Source of the DNA: Chrysochromulina tobinii
Lineage: Eukaryota
Direction of reading: 5' to 3'
DNA length: 39,733 nucleotides
NCBI GenBank assembly: GCA_001275005.1
Contig: JWZX01003151.1
Coordinates: forward strand, 1-39,733
Part shown: piece by piece, positions 1 to 9,960 of the stretch
Layout of the letters: every line of letters starts with the position of its first letter
How positions within the stretch are numbered: position 1 is the stretch's first letter
Made by a program: the position numbers and the translations under genes
The notes under the pieces: generated by a model
Told to the model about the DNA's origin: nothing
Database searches by the model: none
What the model saw: only the letters and a program-made list of their open reading frames with translations

Positions 1-207
1 CACGACGGCGCCATCCGCAGCGCACGCGGTCGCCCCTCCTCGGGCTCGTCCACAGTAGGCAACTCCTCGGTCGCGGGCAACTCGGCACACTCGACCACTG
101 GGCGCGCGCCCGACACGACGCCCGCGAACCCGCTACGGCCCGCGTCCAGCGGCGCGCATGCGCGAAAGTGGGCCTCGAGCGCGGCCGTGTGAGAGGCGTA
201 GGAACCC
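1..207 (-). CDS. Possible coding exon running off the left edge (unknown product)
   Basis: Open minus-strand frame GSYASHTAALEAHFRACAPLDAG...DGAVV preceded by an AG. It could be a downstream exon of the coiled-coil gene or part of a separate gene. Confidence 0.25.
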
Positions 208-374
208 TTTACGGTGCAGAAAGCAGCAGATTTTGTTGAACTCGATCTCGGAAATCCCCGCACGCGCAGGTTCGTCATATTCTAAACGAAAATAGATATC
301 CGGATATTAGCTGATTCTGCGAGTCCTGGTCGCACGCGGCCGTCGGCATTGCATTTTTTGCACATATCCGATTC

Positions 375-1529
375 TCAATGAATGTATCCCGCGCGCCATG
401 ATCTGAGCACCTCGCTCTGCAGCTCAGCAGAGCCCTCCTCGAGCTGCTGCGCCCTCCGCTCGTGCCGCTTGCTTGCTGTCTTGAGGCTCTCGAGCTCACG
501 CGCGCGCGCCTCGTGGGCATCGGCGTCGGCCGCGTGCGCCTCCAGCTTAGTGCGCAGCGCCTTCACCAGCTCCGCCTGACGCGCCACCTCCGCCTTGAGC
601 GCTGCCATCTCCTTCTTCTCCTTCTCCTGCGCGCCGCTCAGCTTGCGAGAGAGCGCACCGCTCTCGCCGTGCGCTTCAGCAGCCTCCTCCTGCGCGCGGA
701 GCAGCAGCGCGCGCAGCCCACCCGCCTCGCCCTCGCGCTTGGCTGCCCCCTCGCACATACTCTCCAGCTCGGCGCGCACGCCCTCGAGCTCGGCCCTCAG
801 GCCGGCCACCATCTCGGCGAGCAGGGCGCGCTTGGCCTCGCCCTCGGCGCAACGCGCCTCGAGGCGGCTGGCTACCTCGGCGTGCGTCTGCTCGGCCGCC
901 GCGAGACCCTCCGCCGCCGCGCGCGTCGCGATCGTCTCGGCGTCGAGCCGCTGCGTGAGCTCCGCCACGCGCCGGGCGAGCGCGTCGCGTTCGGCGCATA
1001 TCTGGCCTCCGAGCTCCGGCTCTGGCGGGGCGGCGAGCTTTTGCTGCTGCTGCTGCTGCTGCTGCAAAAGTTGTTGCTGCTGCTGTGCGGTGAGCTGCTG
1101 CTGTGCGGTGAGCTGCTGGCGCAGGTCGGCCACCGTCGCCTGCAGCGTCTCGCGCGTTCGGTTCGCGTCTGACACCTGCGAGCGGATGAGCCGCAGCTCG
1201 TCGCTCAGAGACTGCACCTGCTTGTGCAGCTCGGAGGCCGGCTTGGCCTGCTCCTCGAGCTGCACGCATCGGTTCGTGAGCTCCGTGATCGCCGCGCGGT
1301 ACGCGCGGCAGTCCGCATCCAGTGAAACCACCAGGCCGCCGTGCACAGACTCGATCGCCGTTTTCTCGAGCGCAAAGCTGTTGGCGATAGCGACGGTGCT
1401 CGCCGTCTTGCGCAGCTTCCCACCGGGCTTTGCGGCCACGCCACGCGAGGCGAAGCGCTGACGCAGCGCCTCCATGCCAGAGGAGAGTTCAGGATCGTCA
1501 CCGTCAATATTCATGTCGAACGTTGCCAT
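375..1529 (-). CDS. Coiled-coil protein with poly-Q tract; 3' end uncertain (may be spliced)
   Basis: 384-aa ORF from ATG, heptad-like E/A/L/R/Q-rich sequence, GC-rich third positions. The last ~10 codons lose coding character after a possible donor (gag|gtgctc). Confidence 0.7.
   Translation of the reverse strand: MATFDMNIDGDDPELSSGMEALRQRFASRGVAAKPGGKLRKTASTVAIANSFALEKTAIESVHGGLVVSLDADCRAYRAAITELTNRCVQLEEQAKPASELHKQVQSLSDELRLIRSQVSDANRTRETLQATVADLRQQLTAQQQLTAQQQQQLLQQQQQQQQKLAAPPEPELGGQICAERDALARRVAELTQRLDAETIATRAAAEGLAAAEQTHAEVASRLEARCAEGEAKRALLAEMVAGLRAELEGVRAELESMCEGAAKREGEAGGLRALLLRAQEEAAEAHGESGALSRKLSGAQEKEKKEMAALKAEVARQAELVKALRTKLEAHAADADAHEARARELESLKTASKRHERRAQQLEEGSAELQSEVLRSWRAGYIH
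1043..1118 (-). repeat. CAG/CAA microsatellite encoding poly-Q plus a duplicated LTAQQQ unit
   Basis: (tgc)n runs and a repeated ctgctgtgcggtgag on the + strand. Confidence 0.8.
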
Positions 1530-1668
1530 GTTGCGGCGGCAACGCGAAGCGTAAATCGTCCCGCCTCACCTGTTCACACCTGCCAAGAAGAAGAGCTCCA
1601 CACACTGTGATCCTTCTCTCCGGTGCGCTCGCAACAACGCTTCCTCTCTTGCAAGGGCAGAGATCGCC

Positions 1669-2346
1669 ATGCACACGCTGCGGGCTGGCCTGAGGGCCTC
1701 CCGGCGGCTGCCCGTTCAGCCTGCGCTCGCGATGGCCCCGCTGCGTGCCGCTCCTGTTGCGGCGCAGCGCGCGCTCGTGCTGCAGGATCGCCGTGAGAGC
1801 TCCTCGAAGGCAGCGGTGTCCAAGATGGGAACACTGTCCGTCGACCCGCTCGCAAACTCGCAGGCGGTGCAGGGCGTCGAGTTCATGCTCACCGGCCTCG
1901 ACCGCCTGGTCAATTGGGCTCGCAAGTCCTCGCTCTGGCCCATGACCTTTGGCCTCGCCTGATGCGCGGTGGAGATGATGCACGCAGCGGCGGCCAGGTA
2001 TGACATGGACCGCTTCGGCATCGTTTTCCGCGCGTCGCCCCGCCAGGCCGACGTGATGATCGTCGCCGGCACGCTGACCAACAAGATGGCGCCCGCGCTC
2101 CGCAAGGTCTACGACCAGATGCCGGAGCCGCGCTATGTCATCTCGATGGGCTCGTGCGCAAACGGCGGCGGCTACTACCACTATTCTTACTCGGTGGTGC
2201 GTGGGTGCGACCGCATTGTGCCGGTCGACATCTACGTGCCCGGCTGCCCGCCGACGGCGGAGGCGCTCATCTACGGCCTGCTGCAGCTTCAGAAGAAGAT
2301 CAACCGCGAGAAGTCGGTCGTCAACTGGTTCCAAAAGAACTTGTAG
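1669..2346 (+). CDS. NDUFS7: NADH:ubiquinone oxidoreductase PSST/20 kDa subunit (NuoB homolog), 225 codons, with in-frame TGA at codon 98 (probable selenocysteine)
   Basis: ORFs 1669-1962 and 1969-2346 are one frame: mitochondrial-type R/A-rich presequence, then [16 protein letters not shown][TGA]-CAVEMMH...[15 protein letters not shown]...[42 protein letters not shown], the hallmark PSST sequence. TAG stop at 2344-2346. Confidence 0.95.
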
Positions 2347-2407
2347 GTGTGGCCGACCTTTCGCCATTTCGCGTGCGCGCAACGTTGCTGCCGAGCCGTC
2401 TCGGCGC

Positions 2408-2482
2408 GCCGACCGACATGAGCGCTGCCCCCAGAAACCACCCACCCGGTGGCGGGACGCAGCGTGAGTTCCACGGATCGGC
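2408..2482 (+). promoter_or_regulatory. Eukaryotic type II SECIS-like element in the NDUFS7 3' UTR
   Basis: ATGAG (2418-2422) and TGAG (2465-2468) give the tandem G.A/A.G core. Helix II is CGCTGC/GCAGCG plus CCC/GGG, unpaired AAA lies at 2435-2437, the apical minihelix is CCACC/GGTGG, and helix I is GCCGA-CCG/CGG-A-TCGGC. Confidence 0.85.
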
Positions 2483-3077
2483 CGCCCTTCGGCTCGTCGG
2501 CGAGGGCGACGCACACCAGGAGATAACGACACGTTTCGTTATCTCCTCGCCGACGAGCGTCATCTTTTCCTCGTTACGTTATCTCCGGTAATACTCGTTC
2601 GGGCGTTCAGAGTCTCGTCATGATTCGTGGCAACGTATGAATTGAGAGAGATGCGTTCTTGAGGAGCGCTACGAACGTATTTTATACAAAGACGTAAAAG
2701 TGTAACGGTAAGACGTCGGCGGCCGCGGGGAGCTGCCGGATCCGGGAAGCGGGATTACGGGACCGTGGTGCGTGGAGACGACGTCGTCGCGCTATACGCG
2801 CAACGCGGGCGATTCGCCGGTCCGGGAGCCGAAAGATTCCCATATTTGTCACCGCACACCGGTTAGGTAATACGCGATACCAGCGATTAAGCGTGTCAGC
2901 GTTTAGGATTCTTGGGGTCCACGCGACGCCGGACCGTCGGATACAGGCGAAAGTGGAAAGGCCCGGATGTGCACATGATAATGACACCACACATACAACA
3001 CATAAGCGTATTTGTCCGCACGAGGGACATCCGACGGACGAGAAAGTGGCGCGGACGAGCCTCTAATGTTCATCGGT

Positions 3078-3732
3078 TCACTTGAGCAAGTTCTTCGCAT
3101 ACCACTCGGCTGACGGCCTTGTCGGGCCATACAGGAAGGCGCTGCGAGCACGAGAGAACAGAACAGGGAGAGCAGTGAGCCATTGCAAGGGCAGGTCCAC
3201 CTGCGTTCGCTGCTCACGTGGGGCCACGGAAAAACGTGAGCTTCGTCGTCTCGCTGGTCGTGGCCTTGATGGCATCCAACGCGCCGTCGAAATCGCTGCC
3301 GGCAACCAGAACGGAGCCCACGCCCACCAGCTGATCGCCCTTCTCGAGTTTCGTGCCCTGCTTCGCTGCTGCGCCCTCGGCCAGCACCTCATCCACGTAA
3401 ACACCACCGCCACCAACGTTCTCCACGAATGCGATGCCCATCGGCTTGCGAAGCGATACGCTGAAATAGTTCTTCACGTCGTTGGGATCGATATATGCCG
3501 CCGATTGATCGGGCATCTCCTCCTCGACCAGCGCTTTGTCGAGGCCTAGCCACTTGTCAAAAGGTGTGACGCGGTCGGCCGCCGGGATTGGCTTGTCACC
3601 TCCAAAGGCATCCTTGACGCCGTCGAAGAGCCCCATGCACGGTGCGCTGCAGCGCTGCACCGGCGCACGCGCGGCGATGCTGAAGGCCTCGGCGCCGGAT
3701 GTGAGGAGCAGGAAGCATGGGAGGCGAAGCAT
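3078..3732 (-). CDS. Plastid-targeted PDZ-domain protein; exons 3732-3218 and 3141-3078
   Basis: Signal peptide ending AEA-F followed by a transit-like segment; PDZ signature (SLRKPMGIAF...GVYVDEV...LEKGDQLVGV). A 76-nt GT-AG intron (3217-3142) restores RGPTAFLYGPTRPSAEWYAKNLLK*. Confidence 0.8.
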
Positions 3733-4388
3733 CGCCTGTCGCGGCGCCAAGGCGGGCGCGTTCTCCGACGCACGAGATCCGAGACGAATCGACTTTTTTT
3801 TCAATACAGTTCTGGGCGCGATGAGTCTGCGACCTCACCGTCTCAGCGAATCTCCCCAGCTAACCGACCATCAACCAGTGATGTGCGAGAACGGAAGTCG
3901 AGTCCGCATGCCGATAACTCGAAAATGGGGGATAATGTATAAATCACGCGACGGACGACGGAGTCAGAGCCGCCAGCCGCGAGAGAACGAGTGTACGAGG
4001 CCCACTCATCATGATGATCGATCATGCTGGGCCCACTCGAGGCCCAAGCCCACTCCTTCAACCATTGGACTCAGAGGATCGCGGGGGCGCCAAGAGAGCA
4101 AGATGGCTACCGCCATCGTTGCCGTGGTGCTTAGCATGCCACAAAGCGCAGGCTGCCAAATACGCACGCGTTATTCGCGGGGAGGACCTAGCTCCTGGGA
4201 GGTCGAGGAGGACGCAGAGCATGAGGGGGAGATCAGAGGTTGTGCGTGTGCTTGCGCAGACAGGCAGCGCGCGAACGAGCACGCCCTAGCGCGTAGCGCG
4301 GCTCAGTCTACAGTGTGCCTCAGCATGGCCGCGCCGTTAAATCGCGCCGTGTTGATTAGAGGGACTGGATCGCATCTCCGCCGCGCGT

Positions 4389-4472
4389 GGGAAGTGAGGT
4401 GAAGGGGGGCTTGCGCACCATCGAGGTTGGGGGAAGTGAGGGAAAGGGGGGCTTGCGCACCATCGAGGTTGG
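4389..4472. repeat. Two near-identical ~42-bp tandem copies directly behind the PAM68-like stop
   Basis: gggaagtgagg...ggggggcttgcgcaccatcgaggttgg occurs twice. Confidence 0.85.
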
Positions 4473-4474
4473 GC

Positions 4475-5302
4475 TCACTCTCGCCTTCCCTTGCGCCCCA
4501 TCCGAATGCCCGCCTTCTCGGCGTCGGATTCCTCGGCGTCGCGCTTAGCCTCGGCGATGCGATCCATCTCTTGCCCTTGCATGGAGGCGATGTTAGGACC
4601 GACGTTCTCCCAACCGAGCAGCGAGCCCTCCTCGTTCTCATCCCACGAGGTGGACATGACGCCGTACGTAATGCCGGCAAAGGAGAGCAGCAGCAGCGCC
4701 TGCGTCGTGAAGGCGACAATCTGCGGCGGCAGGTCGAGCTCTAGCTGCGTGTTCGCGTAGTAGAAGCCTACAAAGGTGAGGAGGCCGCCGAAGACGGGCA
4801 GGCCCGCGAAGGGCACCACGCGCTTGAGCATGCGCTGTGAGACGACCTCCGGCATCACGCCCGTGGTGGGGTCGAGGGGCGCAAGCTCCTCGGGCGTGAG
4901 CGCAAGGCCCTTTTTCTTGAAGGGGTCGGCCGGCTGTGCGCCTGCCTCCTTGCGCATCTGCTCCATGATGGCACGGCCTCGCTCCTCGGCGCCACGCCTA
5001 TCGGCGTTTCCCACGCCCGCGTCGGTTACTGCTGACGCCATCGACACCGACGGTGAGCTGCTGCTCTCGGCCCTCGACTTGGACGCCTTCGAACCCTTGA
5101 CATCTTTGCCAGCCTTGCCAGTCGCCATGCCGCCGCCGCCAAAGCCACGGCCCGTGGTGCTGCCATCGTCGGCTGCGCAGCGCAGCGAGGACACGGTGGT
5201 CGATGCCGGAAGGGCGCGGATGCAAGAGTGCAGCGGACCGCCGGCGGCCTGCAGAGCTGTCGCACTCGTTGCCATTAGCGCAAAGAAGAGAAAGGCGATC
5301 AT
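4475..5302 (-). CDS. PAM68: PAM68-like (DUF3464) photosystem II assembly factor, plastid-targeted
   Basis: Signal peptide plus transit-like leader; motif MPEVVSQRMLKRVVPFAGLP, two TM helices, GITYGVMSTSWDENEEGSLLGWE. The extreme C-terminus may be spliced (ga|gtgagc overlaps the TGA). Confidence 0.85.
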   Translation of the reverse strand: MIAFLFFALMATSATALQAAGGPLHSCIRALPASTTVSSLRCAADDGSTTGRGFGGGGMATGKAGKDVKGSKASKSRAESSSSPSVSMASAVTDAGVGNADRRGAEERGRAIMEQMRKEAGAQPADPFKKKGLALTPEELAPLDPTTGVMPEVVSQRMLKRVVPFAGLPVFGGLLTFVGFYYANTQLELDLPPQIVAFTTQALLLLSFAGITYGVMSTSWDENEEGSLLGWENVGPNIASMQGQEMDRIAEAKRDAEESDAEKAGIRMGRKGRRE

Positions 5303-5520
5303 CGTCCCCTATTCCGCACGGGGTGGGGAGATCGCTTCAATTATCATTTTGGATAGAGGACGTACGTCCGCCCCCAAACCCCTACCCACTGGATGGGGCC
5401 GTAGGGAACTTCACTTGGTTATTTAATTCACATTGTTCGCCTCGCACTTCGCCGCGACCACACCACAACGGTCGACGGCGCGGCGCACCGCCGTACTCTT
5501 GCCGCAAGCCGCAAGCCGCA

Positions 5521-7973
5521 ATGGTGCGGATGTCGCTCTCGACCCATTACCGCGACGTGAACACCAAGAAGCACTCGGAGATCGTCACGGGCGCCTCGTG
5601 GTCGGGCGCCAACGAGCTCGTGACGGTCGGCGACGACAAAAAGGTGTGGCTCTGGAACGTGGAGGGTGAGCCACAGTCGCTGCTGCTCGACGTGGAGCAG
5701 TACTGCACAGAGCTGCGCTGGTTCCCGTCACTGCACGGCGGCAAGGGGTCCGAGGTCTTCGTCGTTGGCTGCACCGACGGCTCCTTCAAGCTCGTATCCA
5801 AGTCGGGCCGAGTCGAGAAGGTGGTGACGGGCGCGCACAATGGAGCGGTGACGACGCTGCGCTGGTCCAATGACGGCTCGTCGCTCGCGACGAGCGGCGA
5901 GGATGGGCAGGTCAAGTCGTGGAGCCGCAACGGCATGTTCCGCTCGCACCTCGCGCAGGCCGAGGGCGCCGTCTACACGCTATGCTGGTCAGCCGAGTCG
6001 GAGCAGATCCTCTTCTCGAATGGCAAGCACCTGGTGATCCGGCCGCTCACACCCTCGTCGAAGCAGACGATGTGGAAGGCGCACGACGCGCCCGTGCTCT
6101 GCGCCGATTGGAACGCCGTCACGAACCTCATCGTCTCGGGTGGCGAGGACTGCAAGTACCGCGTGTGGGATTGCTACGGCCGGCAGCTCTACGCGTCGAG
6201 CGCGAGCGAGTACTCGATCTCGGCGGTGGCGTGGGCGCCCAACGGACGGTACTTTGCGGTCGGCTCCTTCAACATGCTGCGGCTGTGCGACAAGGCCGGC
6301 TGGTCTCACTCGCGCGAGGTGCATGCACCCTCCCGCGCGCGTGCTCTCGTCCGAGTTGCTCTTGTCATCCTGCCTCCGATCGCTCGCTGGCCTACCCTGC
6401 GCCGCGCCCGCGCCCGCCCTCCCCTCCCCGCCTCGTGTCCGAGGCCTCACCGTCACGTTCCCGTGCCGCTGCCGCTTGCTCACAGGCGCCCGAGGTGGGT
6501 TCAGTGATGACCTTGTGCTGGACGGCCGACTCGACGCAGCTCGCGGCGGGCTGCGGCTCGGGCGCGGTGCTCTTCGGGCAGCTCGTGCACCGCGAGGTCT
6601 CGTGCGCCCACCTCGAGGTTCGTCAGGAGGAGCCGCACTCGCTCACGGTGCTCAACGTAACTGACGACACACGCGAGGACCTCCAGTTCAAGGATCGCGT
6701 CACCGAGATGTCGCTCTCGGCGACGCACCTTGTCGTGATCACCTCGACGCAGGCATGCATCTACTCGACGACCAACTGGTCGACGCCTCACATCATCGAG
6801 CTTCGTGGCACCGTGAGCCTCATCCTGCAGTGTGCGCGCCACTTTTTGATGGTCGACACGATGAACGGGCTGCAGGTGCTCAACTACGACGGGCGCGTCG
6901 TCTCGCAGCCAAAGTTCACCGCGATGCGCCCTGACGCGCTCAGCCCGCTTAACGTCGCGTACGCGCCCGACCTCCTCGCGATCATCGGGCACGCCGACCC
7001 GAAGGTGGTGATGCTCATCGATCCACTGACGGGCAAGCAGCTGGGCACGGTGCAGCACTCGATCGACGTTGAGCAGGTCGCGCTCTCGCAGCGCGGCGAC
7101 CTCTCCAGGCGCCGGCTCGTGGTCGTCGACAAGAATCGCGACCTGTACCTGACGCCAGTGCAGGGCGCGCAGGAGCTGTACAAGCTGCACATCATGGTGG
7201 ACTCGGTCGCGTGGAACACGGAGACGGACGCTCTCGCCGCGGTCTCGGACGGCCAGATGCTCGTCTGGTTCTACCCTGAGGTGGTCTACATGGACCGCGA
7301 GCTGCTGCCACTCACTCTCTCGAAGCAATCGGGCGATTGGGGCAAGACGGCTGAGATCGTCGAGTTCCGCGACACGCGCACGCAGGTGCGCCGCTCGGAC
7401 GGCTCGATCGTGTGCGCGGGCGTCTCGCCCTACCCGTCCATTCTCGAGCGCTTCTGCTCCGCCTCGGAGTGGGAGCCTGCCCTCCGCCTCTGCCGCTACG
7501 TTAAGTCAACTGAGCTGTGGGCGTGCCTAGCGGCGATGGCCATCGCGGGCAAGGAGCTGCACACGGCCGAGGTGGCGTACGCGGCCATCGAGCAGGTTGA
7601 CAAGCTGCTGTACATGTGCCACATCAAGGAGCTGCCCACCACCGAGGCGCGCGAGGCCGAGCTGCTCCTCTTCCGGCGCCGCCTGCCCGAGGCGGTCAAC
7701 GTGCTCGTGCAGGGCGGCTGGATCTACCGCGCGATCAAGATGTATGTTCGCCTTTTCCAGTGGGAGAAGGCGTACGAGCTCGCGCGCCAGCACCAGCAGC
7801 ACCTCGATACGGTGCTGCTGCTGCGCCAACGATTCCTGCAGCAGCAGCGCATCGAAGAGACGCTGCCCAAGCTCGCGACCGCCGCGCAGCAGCTCGGTGC
7901 GCTTAACGAGGAGGCCATCCAAGCCAAGATTCAGGCGGAGGAGGCGCGCGAGGCCGAGCGCGGCGGACAGTGA
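5521..7973 (+). CDS. IFT80: Intraflagellar transport protein 80 (WD40 beta-propellers plus TPR-like tail); exons 5521-6318 and 6486-7973
   Basis: WD40 repeats (SGRVEKVVTGAHNGAV, SGEDGQVKSWSRNGMFRS, SGGEDCKYRVWDCYGRQLY), then W..ALRLCR..K...LWACLAAMA. A 167-nt GT-AG intron joins the two ORFs in frame to give 761 aa. Confidence 0.92.
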
Positions 7974-8359
7974 GCTGCGGCAACACATGCGTGCCAGCGC
8001 GGAGCGGTGTGTGAGCAGGGAGCCGACAGGACTGGACGCGACAAGGGCGTGGTGACCTGTGAGCACGGGAGTGCGTGAGTGTCCTGCAGCTACATGATGA
8101 GTCCTGTAATGAGTGCGGCAGTGTGTGTGCTGCCGCGCCAGTGCAGCTTTGTGTATCTGTGACCTCTAGATCTAACGTAAGTTGTGGTCGTATTGTCGAA
8201 TATCAATAAATGTGTGTGGTGCGGTGTCGCGTTGCCGTACCGGTATGGTTGTCGCGTCAAGTTCACTTGACTTGACTTGACTTGACACTTGAATTTCCAC
8301 GTCTATTCACAAAACGTGCACAGGTCACAACGCGCCGCCCCCTCCCGGCAAGGACAAAC

Positions 8360-9433
8360 ATGGCGTCCTCGGGCGGTGCGGATGACTTTAGACGCGCGTG
8401 CCGTCGACTCCTCGCGGCGCACGCGGCGCACGCGCTGCCTATTCATCAGCTGTACTCTGGCCCGTTCGGAAAGCTCTCCGACGAGGAGCGTCTCGAGGCG
8501 CAGCGGCACGCGATCGCTGACGCCCTTCGGCGGAGCGGGCTTGCTGACGCGGCGCACATGACGATCGTCGAGTTCGGAGCGGGCGATGGCGCGCTCAGCC
8601 GCACGCTCAGTGCCAGAGGCATAGCATCTAAGTTTCTCCTCATCGACAAGAATAAGCGACGGATTGGCCGCGCCCTTGAGGGCACAGAGGCTGCGATGCA
8701 ACAGCTATGTGCAGACATCGGCATACTCGAGCCCGAGACGTTGCGCGCGGCGGCCCCTGACGATACGGTAGTCGTCGTGTGCAACCACCTATGCGGCGGT
8801 GCCCTCGATGACGCCATCCGGTGCGCGCTCGCCGCATGGGACCGTCCCAGAGAAGGCGGGATCGGCGGCGGCGGCAGCAGCAGCGACGCCTTCGGCGGCA
8901 GCCAACTCGCCGGCGTTGTGTCGGTGACGTGCTGCCACCACAACTGCAGCTGCACAACCTTGCTCGGCAGCCAACAGTTCTTACGCGATGTGTGCGGGCT
9001 GACAGACGGCGAGCTGGAGCTGGCGCGCGATTGGTCTCGTATGGCGCCGCGGCGGGAGAAGCCAGCGGAGAGCCGCCCACGGCTGGTCGATATGGCCCAG
9101 CAGCTCTGCATCAGCCCAGACGACGCGGCGGATCTGGGCATGCGCTGCCGTGTCCTCCTCGACAGCGCACGGGCCCTCCACCTGCAGCAGCGCGGCTTCT
9201 CGGTCGCGTTGGTGCACCACGTGCCCAACACGCTCACGGCCGACAATCTCATGATCTTGGCGTCGAGGAGGCGGCCGCTGCAAGCGGGCAGCGCGCACGC
9301 AGCGGTGGAGCTGGATCGGAACGGGCCTATTCCGTGCCCTCCGGTGCAGACCATCCAGCTGCCATCATCAGCGGTGGAGCCCTTGCCTTCATCATTAGTA
9401 TCACAGCCCATGTTTTGGAGCCTCTTTGGTTGA
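8360..9433 (+). CDS. SAM-dependent methyltransferase, TRM13-like
   Basis: IVEFGAGDGALS (motif I), LLIDK, HLCGGALD, TCCHH, CRVLLDSAR and terminal TADNLMIL resemble TRM13 (HLCGAATD, CCHH, CKxxID.GR, SPEN). Confidence 0.7.
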   Translation: MASSGGADDFRRACRRLLAAHAAHALPIHQLYSGPFGKLSDEERLEAQRHAIADALRRSGLADAAHMTIVEFGAGDGALSRTLSARGIASKFLLIDKNKRRIGRALEGTEAAMQQLCADIGILEPETLRAAAPDDTVVVVCNHLCGGALDDAIRCALAAWDRPREGGIGGGGSSSDAFGGSQLAGVVSVTCCHHNCSCTTLLGSQQFLRDVCGLTDGELELARDWSRMAPRREKPAESRPRLVDMAQQLCISPDDAADLGMRCRVLLDSARALHLQQRGFSVALVHHVPNTLTADNLMILASRRRPLQAGSAHAAVELDRNGPIPCPPVQTIQLPSSAVEPLPSSLVSQPMFWSLFG

Positions 9434-9960
9434 ATGGTCTGAGGTCGGGTCTCAGAGTTCGACGGTTCTGGGAGCGTGCTCACGTGCTCGGTGTACTACG
9501 CGACAACCTCGTAACAACCTCGTGCATAACCTCGTCATTACTCACTACTCCGAATCAAGCAGATTGAGATTCCCAATGAGGAATCATTCAATGACGATCG
9601 ACGCTCCGGCGATTCCGATTGCTGATTCCGACTCACGACACAGCGGACCGGACGCCGGTCGCCGCCCGCCCGCACCACAGCCAGCTCCTGTCCGTGTTTA
9701 CGTTTTTTTACGGACAACAATACACCCACCTCTGGAGGCCCACCCACGCCCCTCCTCAACACCTAATCCTGCGTGCCCTCAATAGATTCCTCATCAGCCT
9801 AACCCCCCAAACATGGGCACACCGCAGGTCCAATCTCCGATGCATTTTCGATTCATCCGTCTTCAACTTCCAGCACACACTCTCTCTTCGGGCTTTTCGC
9901 GGTAGGGTTTTCATCCGTGAGGCTAGTCCTCCGTGAGGTTAGTCCTCCACGCCGAAGTTT

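Noticed and set aside
1960..1962. Global UGA reassignment (to Cys or Trp) or an organellar genetic code as the explanation of the NDUFS7 TGA
   Set aside because: IFT80, FAM32A and the PDZ gene end at TGA at sensible positions, Trp is TGG, and no other conserved gene here has an in-frame TGA. The DNA is clearly nuclear (spliceosomal introns).
1940..1980. An intron removing the NDUFS7 TGA
   Set aside because: The sequence is exactly colinear with TFGLACCAVEMM, leaving no extra nucleotides to splice out.
1669..2346. NDUFS7 as a pseudogene
   Set aside because: Single lesion at precisely a Cys codon, all other motifs intact, strong codon bias, and a SECIS-like element downstream. Not formally excluded without reads.
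3820..4400. ORF 3536-4402 as a separate gene
   Set aside because: It overlaps the PDZ gene antisense, has no recognisable domain, and the region looks like promoter/UTR sequence.
4389..4472. CRISPR-like array
   Set aside because: Only two adjacent copies with no spacers and no cas genes, in a eukaryotic context.
8264..8293. (CTTGA)n pentamer run upstream of the methyltransferase
   Set aside because: Short simple repeat with no supportable function.
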